Assembly (NCBI RefSeq): GCF_000143415.4
Contig: NW_003314261.1
Location: 6,360,822 to 6,424,821, forward strand
Length of the DNA stretch: 64,000 nt
Source: Selaginella moellendorffii
Lineage: Eukaryota; Plantae; Lycopodiophyta
Reading direction: 5' to 3'
The number at the start of each line of letters is the position of its first letter. The stretch's first letter is position 1. Both the position numbers and the translations under genes were made by a program. The notes beneath the pieces are model-generated. The model was not told the DNA's origin and searched no databases. It was given only the letters and a program-made list of their open reading frames with translations. This document shows positions 38,952 to 50,000 of this stretch, piece after piece.

Positions 38952-38963
38952 TCTATCCAAAAC

Positions 38964-40120
38964 TCAAACTTTAGGGTTCTTGGAGGCCTGGAACTTCAAC
39001 TTGGCTGCCCAGGATGGATGCGGGGCAATGACTTCCACCACTTCTCCTGTCATGGGATGTTGGAACGCTATGCTCTCAGAGTGTAAGAAATGGCTCTGGC
39101 ACTTCTCCCCGTTCCAGTGTAGCGGGCCACCATACTTGACGTCCCCGACCAGAGGAAGTCCCAGAAACTGGCAGTGGAGCCTGATCTGATGAGTCCGTCC
39201 CGTCAGAGGCACTGCTCGGATGAAAACTTCGTCGCCGGTGCCGGGCTCTGGATCGACCATCTTCGCCTCCACAACGATCCGCTGCTCTCGATCATCTTCT
39301 TCGCCGTCTTTCACTTCATCCAGAGAGCTCGGGATGACTTCTATTTTCGTTGCCATGTCTTTGACGACCGATCCATCCGGCAGAGACCTCTCTACGTCGT
39401 GCTTGGAGTAGACTCGCCAGCAACCTCTCCTGGATTTGCCATGCCCCGATTCAACCACGGCTCTCTTCCACTCGGGAGCTTTCCCGACGCAAAGCGCAAC
39501 GTAGGACTTTCGCAGCTCCCGGCTCTTGAAAATGTTGGTGAGCTTCCCTGCCGCAACTTTGTCTCTGGCAATCACGATGATCCCACTGGTATCTCTGTCT
39601 AGTCGATTTGCTAGATGGAAAAAGCCCCGGCTCTCTGTTCTTCACGGAAAGGAAGAAAGACAAAGATGAGAAGTAAGCTCCTCGTCTAGATAAAAAAGGA
39701 ATGCTTACTCTCGATCGGGTACTGTGGCGAGTAGGAATCTCCCAAGAGCGATGGAACTGAGACGAGGACGTGCTCGGAGTAGACTCCACAGGGCTTGTTA
39801 ATGACGAGGATCCATTCGTCTTGGAACACGACGTCGTCGATCGTGATCGCGGGGCCGGATTTCATGGACGCCTCCGCTACCAGCGCCCTCTCGTACTCGA
39901 TCTCTTTGGCGCCTGTCAGCGGCGTCACTGGAATAGGGTACCTGGAGAGATCGATCGCCGCCGCCGCCGCCTCGCCGCATTCTTGCGATTCCACCGCCGA
40001 AGCAGCTGCCATTGCCACGGCAATCGTCGATCTGGAGAACGGACGAGAGGAGGAAGCGGAGGAGGGAGTGGCGGCGCTTAAACCCAATCGCGGGAAGCAC
40101 GAATAATGGAACAGCGCCAT
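38964..40120 (-). CDS. RluA-family RNA pseudouridine synthase with organellar transit peptide, 2 exons
   Basis: VINKPCG, HLANRLDRDTSG (catalytic Asp), TGRTHQIRLHCQFLGLPLVGDVKYG; intron ~39635-39708. Confidence 0.93.
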
Positions 40121-40221
40121 CGCTAAGAACCCTAATTAGCAGAGCATTGCCCAGATGGCAAGCTCTCATTGGCCACCTTGAAATGTATACCCTAGCGCAG
40201 GGTTTAAGCGATCCAGGAGGA
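40121..40221. promoter_or_regulatory. 101-bp head-to-head interval, putative bidirectional promoter between pseudouridine synthase and RecA
   Basis: Divergent ATGs at 40120 (-) and 40222 (+); contains aaccctaa and agggttt telo-like motifs. Confidence 0.6.
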
Positions 40222-41994
40222 ATGGCGAGAGTTGCGAGCTGCGGCGGCGCGCTGTGCCTCTCCAGAGCGATGGCCAAGAGCATTGGAGCTCGCTACTCGC
40301 GAGATTTCGCTGTGAAATCGGTGTGCTCGGTGATCAGAGTGTCAAAGCGCTCTCTTTGGAGCTCCGGCAGTGCGGTTTTGGGGGGCTACACTCGCAAATC
40401 CAAGATTTCTTGCCAGGTTAGTGGATTTCCTCTCATATTTTCGCGATCACAGCCTCTGGAACGCAGCTAACGAAGAATGTGAATGGATTGAGAAGCTTGG
40501 GCGGAGCTTACGCTTCGTTTGCGAGTGATGCTAAGAAAGGTATAGCAGCTAGTTTTGTCTCGATAATTGTTCTTTCTTTGGTGACAGGAAAGAAGAAGCA
40601 AAAGAACTCCACAGCTGCCGATCCAGCGTCAGAGTACTCCGAGAAGGAAGCAGCATTGCAATCGGCGCTCGCTCAAATCAAGAGCTCGTTTGGAGACGAG
40701 GCTGTTATGTGGCTTGGAAGGAACACGTCCAAGCAAGTTCCAGTGGTTTCGACTGGATCGCTCGCTCTCGATGTAGCGCTTGGAGTGGGAGGTCTTCCCA
40801 AGGTGTGATCGATCGAGAGCATTTTTTTTTCATCTTTGGAGCTTACTGTTTTGCGCAGGGACGTGTTGTAGAGATCTATGGACCGGAAGCGTCTGGGAAA
40901 ACAACGCTTGCTCTTCATGTTATTGCTGAAGCACAGAAGCAAGGAGGTCGGTCTTTCCACTTTCTCGCGAAGTGAAATAACTTACGTTACTTTTTGTGGT
41001 CTTTTACTTCTAGGAAGGTGTGTTTTTATCGATGCTGAGCATGCCTTAGACAAGTCACTTGCCGAGGCTATCGGAATTGACATCGATGAGCTGCTCGTGG
41101 CACAGCCAGATTGTGGAGAGAACGCCCTCGCAATCGCAGACACACTAGTTCGCAGCGGATCAGTGGATGTTTTGGTTGTGGACAGTGTAAGTTGTCATTT
41201 AAAGTTTGAGAAAGAGTGTAACTCTTCGTTTTTGCAGGTTGCTGCTCTAGTTCCTCGAGTGGAGCTAGAAGGTGAAATGGGGGACTCTCATATGGCGTTA
41301 CTGGCTCGGCTAATGAGCCAGGCACTTCGCAAGCTTACACATTCTCTATCACGTTCACAAACCATTCTGATATTTATCAACCAGGTACTACCAAAATCCT
41401 TTTCTTAAATCACACAGACACGGGTCTTGTTCACAGATCCGATCCAAACTTGCCTCCTTTGGAGGTTTCGGAGGAGCTCCCATAGAAGTAACTTCTGGTG
41501 GAAACGCACTGAAGTTCTATGCATCGGTGAGACTAAACATTCGGAGAACAAACTTACTCAAGAAAGGAGACGAGGTAACGATCTTACTTCCAGTTATTTC
41601 CAAAGATAACACCGTTATTTCACAGACTGTAGGCGCTCAAGTACTAGTCAAGATTGCCAAGAACAAGCTCGCGCCACCATTCAGAACAGCCGAGTTTGAG
41701 ATCGACTTTGGCCGGGGCATTTCAAAAGAAGGAGAGGTGTTGGACCTGGGCTTCAAGCACGGGCTCGTGGGAAAGACTGGCAATTGGTACACTTACAACT
41801 CGGAGAACATTGCCAACGGGAAGGAGAACGCAAAGAAGTACTTGCGGGAGCATCCAGACATTTTGCAAGCTCTGTCCGAGAGCTTGAGGGAGATCCTGAT
41901 GGGAAGGTTATTAGCGCAGCAGGGCGACGCTGGAGAGAACGAGACCGAGGTGGAAGGAGACGAGGATGGAAGCCTAGAAATGCTTGCCAGGTGA
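40222..41994 (+). CDS. RECA: Organellar RecA, probably mitochondrial type, multi-exon
   Basis: [18 protein letters not shown]|[33 protein letters not shown]|[26 protein letters not shown]; Arg/Ser-rich presequence. Confidence 0.95.
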
Positions 41995-42173
41995 TGATCT
42001 TCCTTGGGTCGATTTTGGAGTAAGACCCTCTAGCTAGTAGTGATAGTGTAGATCGTTCTTGCTCGTTCTTTTTGGACAGATTCTTTCCAGCAGATAAAAC
42101 TATAGCGTGATCTTTCATCGATGTTTGATCGAAGCTTGCTCGATCGAACTTATTAATAGATTTGGGAGTGTTA

Positions 42174-43678
42174 CTATGAAGCCAGGAAATCGTTCGCAAA
42201 GTTGACGAGAGAAATACTGTCCTCCGGTGTCCTGGAACCAAATTCAATAGGAGCTTCTTCCCCGCCGCCACTGCTCGTCACCCACGTAAAGCTGACGTTC
42301 TGTAGCGACAGGGCATGCGCCCTCTGGACAAACATTCCCGATCTCTTGTCGTGGGAGATAAGACCCTGGCATCCCGGTCTAAAGTCCTGCATCCCTCCAT
42401 CTCCGCTATAGCTCGTCCACCTCTCGATTTTCAAATCCACGTCCACAAGTTTCACGCTGTGAATCACAGCTCCATTCCCAGACGCCGCGAGAAAGATCCC
42501 ATTCTCAGATCGACCAGTGATGTTGCGAAACTCGATCGAGTGGACCGATCCCACCCGCGTGGATTCGTCTCTGGGACACACCGTCACATAGATCGGCTCG
42601 GCTCTCCCCCACCACGACGGATCATAGTATCGAGTGGACACCACAATGTTGGCGAAGATCACGCCGTAGACGCTCCCGGCGTCCCGGAGCTGGATCCCAA
42701 GTCCGCGATGCGAGTCAACGATGATCAAGTTTGAGAATCGAAGGTGGTGGAAGTCGAAGAAGGTGGCGCTGCCGAGCTTGACCCCGCACGACTTTGTCCG
42801 TACCCAGCAGTCCCGGACGGTGAGGTTGACGAGCGGTCCGTACGTGGTCTTTGGGCAGATTGCATCGTCGCCCGTGTCAATCCGGCAGCGCTCGATCACC
42901 GTGTTGTTGGATCCATCTATGTCGATACCATCGTTGTTGGGCGTGTCGAAATCGCCCAAGATTGAGATGTCGTGGATGTGGATGAAGTTTGAGTTGACCA
43001 GATGCAAGCTGCGCAAAGTCACAGCTCGGTCAACCATGGTCAACATATAGTCAACTATAGTAAAACGTTTAGTCAACGTAGTTCTTACCACCAGTATGCC
43101 GGCTGCCGGAGATCGATGTTCCAGACGCGAATCTTGGTCGAGCGTAGAAATCCCACCAATCTGGGGCGGCATTCATCGCCTAGGCAGTTCCCAGTGACGT
43201 TCCAGCTCGTCATGATGTTCTTCTTTGGATCATATCTCACCACAAACTTGGAGCTCTGGCCGTTGACCTCGCCACCGCCAGTGATCCCCACATTCTCTAC
43301 GCCCTCGGCGAGAATCACATACCATCGATCCTTCTCGGGAGGGTAGTCCATCTGCCTGGAGCTTCCCAAGATCTTGGCGCCACGGTCGATGTGGAGCGTC
43401 ATGTTGGATCTGAGGAAGAGTGTTCCAGTGAGGTAGGAGCCTGGAGGAACCCAGACGACACTCTTGGAGCCGAGTTTGTTGCTGCGAGAGTGGCAAGCAT
43501 TGATTGCCGACTGGATCGAGGAGGTTTCGAGCGTTGATCCATTGCCAAGAGCTCCATAGTCTCTCACGTTGCATTGCACTGGTCGAGATGGGTTTGGAAC
43601 TCCACTGGAGGAAATGAGAGAGACAAAGAGGAGGGACACGACCAGATGTACATGTACATAATGACGATAGAGTTCCAT
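42174..43678 (-). CDS. GH28 polygalacturonase-like glycoside hydrolase, 2 exons
   Basis: NVRDYGALGNG, PPGSYLTGTLFLRS, PNNDGIDID, TGDDAICPK; hydrophobic N-terminus from ATG 43678; intron ~43009-43088. Confidence 0.9.
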
Positions 43679-44164
43679 TTCGTGGCTGTGGATAACATCC
43701 ACGTGTCTATCATAGGGCCTAGTATAATTGAGTGAACTCAAATGTTTCATAGAGTAGTCGTGGCATGAAAACTACTCTTTTGTATTGCATGGAGGAGTTG
43801 CCAGGGACAAAACTCTCCTTTTGCCACTTGAAGTTTCCAGGGGAAGCAGGAGAGGAGGCACTGCCCAGCACCAGAGATGGATTTTGACTACCTCATTGTA
43901 ATATGATAGCACAAATATCACGATAAAATTTTTACCAATTTGTTATCGTGTGCTCACTTTTAATATTGCACTCAATATGAGCTTGGTTTTGTGGCATTTT
44001 AATGCACAAACAATACATCACTCTAAGCATTTGAGCAAATGTGAGATTACTATTTGCAAAATAAAGTATTAATTCTAAAAGATCTTGTAGCATTGCAATT
44101 TTACCAATTCCATTTCAAACCAAGAGCTCCAAGGATTGTGGAGAAGCAAGAGGCCCTACTTGAG

Positions 44165-44209
44165 GGGGATGGTCCAAAGTTGAGTTGAGCTCACGAGTTG
44201 AGCTCAATT
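44165..44209 (+). repeat. Left imperfect terminal inverted repeat of the MULE
   Basis: ggggatggtccaaagttgagttgagctcacgagttgagctcaatt. Confidence 0.85.
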
Positions 44210-44573
44210 CAGCTCAAGTCAATGCTAGTCAACATAGTCAACGATAAGTTTTATAAGGAAATATTAAGTCAGAAAAATGTTATTCTTTGGTGAATTTGAA
44301 ATTTATGAATTTAAGTATCAATGGTTCAGAGAGATTTTTATTTTTTGAATCTTTCTAATGCAATTTATACAATTTCTAGAATTAGAAGTTCGTTTGAACC
44401 CATAGAAATTTTTGGGCTTTATTGGTCCTAAATAAAATGGGAACATTGAAGTTCAAATGAACCGGAAAATTTCTATTGTACATTTCAACATTTTAACATT
44501 TCAACAATTGACCAGAAATATATAAATAATTCGAAACACTGATTCACTCGTTCATTCTTTAGGGTTTACAGAG

Positions 44574-44819
44574 ATGGGAAGCAAGGAAGACAAAAAATCT
44601 GTAAGTAGTTCTAGCATACAGAAATGTGAGAATGTGAATTTTGTTTCACTACCACAATCTCTATATTACACGCCTGGTCCTTATTACCCATCCGGGAATG
44701 TAGAGACCACTGTCACTATTGATAAAAATGCTCCTGTTACTTCCGAAACAACAATCCAGAGCAAGAGAAAAGAAGAAATGGACAGCACAGCGGAAAGCAC
44801 TAATAAATCCACTCTATAA
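44574..44819 (+). CDS. Short 81-aa Ser/Thr-rich ORF inside the MULE, function unknown
   Basis: ATG ORF preceded by tatataaat and tagggttt motifs; no domain recognised. Confidence 0.35.
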   Translation: MGSKEDKKSVSSSSIQKCENVNFVSLPQSLYYTPGPYYPSGNVETTVTIDKNAPVTSETTIQSKRKEEMDSTAESTNKSTL

Positions 44820-45260
44820 ACCTTTCAATGGCTTTTGTAATCCACTAAAATATTATAAAAAAATGTAAGTTTTTTATATATATCTTATTCCTTTTGATAT
44901 GTTTTGTCTTTGCAAAGATATATGATGTAGACAAATCAAAGAATTAAATCTATATATGATTTTGGGATTGAAAGGTAATCTTGCAAAAAGGCATACTCGC
45001 GTGCCTGTGTATATTCGCTATTATTATATATGGCAGGCCAACTATATAAAATGAGGCTACATATTAATTATATGCTAGTTTTTAGCTTCTGAAACTCTAT
45101 AGCCACTTGTTTCTTATAGTAGGTTGTAATTACTAAGACTGACAATTATCATTCATTATAGTGTCATGTCATAATAAAACATCATTCCCGAGATTGAAAT
45201 ATAGTATATTAATGAGAGAATTCTTATTGCTAGGAAGTTTAATTCTTCTTGTGTGTTGCA

Positions 45261-45815
45261 ATGGTTAGGAAGAAGTTTATTTTTGGTCCCGAAGGCCTTT
45301 CATATAAGTCTCCACCTCCATCTCCAATCTCAACCAATAATCCACCTTCACCTCTACACAACAATCCTCCTTTTCATTTTGAGGGTTGTTGTGAGGCTCT
45401 TCCATTTGCGACCTCGAGTGCAACTGAACAAAAACTCCTTCCTTATGATATTGTTAAAAAAGTTGGATTGCCTCCAATGCTTCAAGAGCGATGTCAATAT
45501 TTTCTTCAAGATCTTGCTCCAGATATGGCAGAGGAGCTTAATGTAGATACATATTATCTTCAGTGTTCTATATGCAACTTTTATTTAAACAAGACAGATG
45601 GTTGCATGGGTTTGGTAAATTTTATTGAGCATTGTCGCAAATGCCCAAGAGCGGGTTTGGAAGGTGTGCACGCGTGGATGTATAAGAAAATCAAGAAAGA
45701 ATTAAAAACACACAGCTATTATGATTTCATGGTGGAGAACAATATTCCATTGGTGAACACTGCATCAGTAAGTGCTGAATATGGGATATTTAGGCCACCC
45801 TTTAATGTAATGTGA
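45261..45815 (+). CDS. MULE accessory protein copy 1, putative CxxC...HxxxC zinc-binding
   Basis: Intact ORF with YYLQCSICNFYL...FIEHCRKCP; the reading frame is conserved with the paralog at 46074-46622. Confidence 0.7.
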   Translation: MVRKKFIFGPEGLSYKSPPPSPISTNNPPSPLHNNPPFHFEGCCEALPFATSSATEQKLLPYDIVKKVGLPPMLQERCQYFLQDLAPDMAEELNVDTYYLQCSICNFYLNKTDGCMGLVNFIEHCRKCPRAGLEGVHAWMYKKIKKELKTHSYYDFMVENNIPLVNTASVSAEYGIFRPPFNVM

Positions 45816-46073
45816 AAGTCATGCATAGTTTTTTCAAAAGGTTAATTCTTTATGAGTAAAGTGGAGAATCTTATATTTTCGAGAATGATATTATTCTAGC
45901 ATGTATAAAGATATTATTATATATACAAGTGGTTCTGACACTATTATAATTTTGAAGTCCCATTTTTTAGACTAACAATTTAAACTTTCAAGAACCCCTA
46001 GATCTTTTTTTAGTATAAATACCAACAAGGAATGCTTTCAACATTGAAATTTCAGTTTGTTTAGAGTGTAGGA

Positions 46074-46622
46074 ATGGCTAAGGAAAATGCTATTGCTACT
46101 CGCACTTGGCCCCCATGCATTTCATATGAATCTCCACCTCTATCTCCAACTTCTACCAACATTCCACTGTTCCCTCCATACATCAATCGTTGTGAGGCTT
46201 TTTCTTTTGTAGCCCCAAGTGTGACTGAATAAGAGATCCCTCTTCCAGATAATGTTCTAGATGTTGCTACTAAAGATGGATTGCCTCATGTGCTTCAAGA
46301 GCGATGCCAGATGTTTCTTCAAGATCTTGCTCCCGATATGGTTGAAACTTTTGAAAGAATGAACACATATTATCTCCAGTGTCCCATCTGCTACTTTTAT
46401 TTAGATAAAACGGAAGGCTGTATGGGTCTAGAAACTTTTCTAGAACACTGTCACAACTGCCCAAGAACTGGTGTGGAAGGTGTGCATAAATGGATGTATA
46501 AGAAAATCAAGAAAGAGTTAAGAACACACAATCATTATCATTTCATGGTGAGGAATAATATTCCGTTAGTAAATCCTACATCCACAAGTGCTGAATATGG
46601 TATTTTTAGGCCATCCTACTGA
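46074..46622 (+). pseudogene. MULE accessory protein copy 2 with one premature stop
   Basis: YYLQCPICYFYL...FLEHCHNCP; TAA at 46230-32 where copy 1 has CAA. Confidence 0.7.
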
Positions 46623-46754
46623 AAATTCCAGCCACTAATAATTCTTACACTATGATATTATTCATCCCCCCCCCCCCCCCCCCACCTTTTTTTTATTAAC
46701 AAAATTGTATTACCTATAGATAATAAACTGATAATACTAGTAATTATGAAATTT

Positions 46755-46885
46755 GACAGACTGACACTGTAACTTTGTCATCTCTGACACTGACACTGTC
46801 TCTGTCACTGACACTATCACTGTTGCTATCTGCTACACTGACATTGTCAATGTCACAATCATTATCACATTGACATGTGACACAT
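46755..46885. repeat. Cluster of TGACA/TGTCA motifs between convergent gene ends, preceded by a C20 tract at ~46665-46684
   Basis: ctgacactg...ctgacactgacactgtctctgtcactgacact...tgacattgtca...tgacatgtgaca. Confidence 0.7.
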
Positions 46886-47045
46886 CTTTCTCATTGCATT
46901 CAATTGTCTTTTAATGTATCATTAATAAATAGATTTTTCATACCACTCCTCAATTTACACATTGCATATGATGTGCCATGCATACCTAGGAAGACTTCTA
47001 GAAAACTAAATATATATTATTTATAAGTTTTTAAAACATCATAAA

Positions 47046-50000
47046 TTACCTCCTAGAAGCAACTGATAGAGAAGGACGAAAACCTCGAAGATGACGTTTG
47101 AAGAACTCATATTCTTCAATCGCAAACACCGATCTACCAGAGCCACGTGCTGCTTCGACCATCGAACCACTACCTGCTGTGCAATCGATGACAACACCCC
47201 TAGTTGGGCAATAAAGCTCAAGTAGAACATGTATCGCCGATAGAGATCGGAACCGATACCCAGACAATGTGTTGCGGATGTCGTCGTCTATGAGATTTGG
47301 TATGATGTCAGTAAAGCTATCATACCCTGGCAAAACCCTTGCAGCACGCTCGCTATCACGAAAACCGTCATTTTCTTTTCTGCAAAACACATGGTAGGTC
47401 CACATCATAACCTGAATAATAAAACTTTAGAGACAACCAAAACAGAAAATGATTTCTTACCTTCTCTGGCATGCCTAGGACACCTTTGGTCTCGACCCCA
47501 ACACTATCCATGATGCATCCGGAAGAGAACCTCTTGAAGTAGACTCGACTTGCATACCTCATAAGGCAGGACATCCAATGGGGGTCATTCGGGAGAATGA
47601 AGGCAACTTGACCGGTTGTGTGAAGGAGAATTGCTGCCAAAAGGAATGCATCCTTCAAGTGGTCTTTAGTCAGGTTGTTCCAGCTTGGGACATCACCATT
47701 AGCGTCTAGAAGACCATTAGCATGTCAAAGAGCATGAAGTTTGTGCTCTTGAGCGGTCGCCTATGGATCTTCTGACAAAAGCGCTCCCACTTTTGCCGGA
47801 TAGCCATATTCTTAGCATCCTCCTCAAAAGATGCCATCAATGAACTATAGGAGCCAATAAAGATCCCAACTTCACCACGGCATGCCACTGGAGATACAAG
47901 GCAAATCTAGGGGGAGAAGACAAAGATAAGATGTGAATTTAAGAAAAATTTACATACCGTCATGTGGCGTGTGGTAGATGTAAGTTCCTCCAAGTCCTCT
48001 TCTCGAGCATCAAGACGAGCTGGAATGAAGTTACTCCCGACAGTTTTTGCTGCAACCATTTTGAGGAACTAAGAAAAGGAGAGAATTAAAAGAAATATAC
48101 CTCGAGAAGTTCCTCGGTTACGGGGACGTCTTGGACGATCATCATCACTGTTGACTAATTCCTCCAGATGTGGATTTGCTCGCTTTCGTCGAGGTAGAAC
48201 TTCTTGGACGTTCTGGTTCTCTTGCTCGACTTCGTCTCGAAGAATCTTGTTCTCACCGCCATCTTCACTCTGCTCGCCATTGGCACCAACAGGGTCGACA
48301 TTCTCATGGCCATCATCTTCGTCATCATTGTTGCCTCTTGCAGCCTCATGGTGGGTTGGTTCATAATCTGGCATCTCCAATGCCCAAGGACAAGTGCGCT
48401 TTATTGTTGCTGGAAACTTCATTGTTGTTGGGTACATGCCTCCATCTCTCACACCATGCCTCAGGAGGCGTGTGCATACCGGTGTTTCGAGAGGAACGCC
48501 TTTATATTGGAGATACCTATAATAGAATATAAATAATTGAGTATAGTTGAGAAATTGTATGTTACCTAAAAGCCGCTTGACACATGAAGTAAGGTTGGCC
48601 AAGTTGTTCATCAAATGGAGTCGTGCTTGTGGCCTTCTTTGGCAGCCAGTCCTCTCCAAGTTTTGTAAGCTCAATGGTGATGAAGTCCTTAAATGGAAGT
48701 TGCTCAGGATCATCCCTTATGAAAGGCGCTAGAAACATCTCCCCTTCATATACAGTTTATGAAATGTAGACGGTCCTCCTCATCACAGTCTCCATCATAC
48801 TGTCCAAACCTTTTTCTCCTTCCCTGAGTCTGCTATTGAGGTCGTTCAGAATGTGTATCTGTTCCTCATATGTAAGCTTTGACTTTGAGATGCTGTAAAT
48901 AATCTCATCTGGAGTCTTGCCCACTGAAAAATAACTTTTGTGAGAACCTTCATGTAAATATAAACAATACTTACTTTCATGACAAGCAATCTCTGTTATA
49001 ATATCAAACCACTCCTTTGGGCGTCGAGGGTCAGCCACACTAAGTAATTTCTTTACATTTGTCTTCTTTGTGCTGTTGATTTTCTTGTCAATTGCAGCTA
49101 AATGCTCTGAGAGTTCTTGATCACTTTCCGCTCGATGCGACTGTGCGTATGCATCTTGCTTAACTTTCACCAATGGCTGAAGACAACACAAACATTTTAT
49201 GATAAGAAGTATACTTGAAAGAACATACCTTACTCCACACAGCTGTCATAAAAGCCACTGGATTCTTGTACCATCTATTGGCATCCTGACGACCTCGTTG
49301 ATGTCGAATAAGTGATGCTAAATCATCACCATAGTGGCTGCGGACTGCATCCTCGTCGAGATTGGCAAGAAACCGGATCTGCTCGATGTCATGTACTAGG
49401 CTTTGTTTCTGCATTGCAAACTATCCCAGTCTGCAAAACACAAATTGTTAAAAGTGATTGAAGAGGGAGAGGTACTTACGCATTAATTTTGTGGCAAGCT
49501 ATTACAAGCCTTGCCACATCTAGAGATCCTCTCGCATGTATATGTCCAACCGGAACATTGATGTGATAGACAGGATCGTCTCGGAAGCATTCTCGGATGC
49601 ACTTCATCCACGCGCACCAGCGATGATTCCCGTCGATAATGTAGAACATTTTCCCCACAAATTGTTGAGTCTTAGGATGGCTCATAAGCTTGTTGTCAAA
49701 TTCGCGGGACTTCATTTTCCAAATGTCATCCCAATCCCTCTCGATTTCCGATGACACCGAGAGGGTATTTGTCGTTCCTGGCTTGAAAACCGAAACAAGG
49801 AACATACCTATGTTTGTCCCAAGGCCATTCTGTTTGTACAGACTATAGATGTCCATGTTGACGAAGTGCGGTGAAGCAGACCGAACGATGCTTGTCTGAG
49901 TGAATCGACATAGTGGGATTTCTTGGATCATGTGCCCCGGGCCTTCCCACTTGAGAGACTCCAGAGTCGTGTGAATGGCCTTCTCTTTAGTTCTCAAAAC

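Noticed and set aside
38952-38960. FPGS start at 38960 as given in the ORF track
   Set aside because: That codon is TTG; the first ATG is at 38951.
40222-41994. Bacterial contamination suggested by RecA, RluA, RpiA and Rho_N genes
   Set aside because: RecA, RluA and RpiA carry spliceosomal introns and N-terminal targeting extensions; all sit among ordinary plant nuclear genes.
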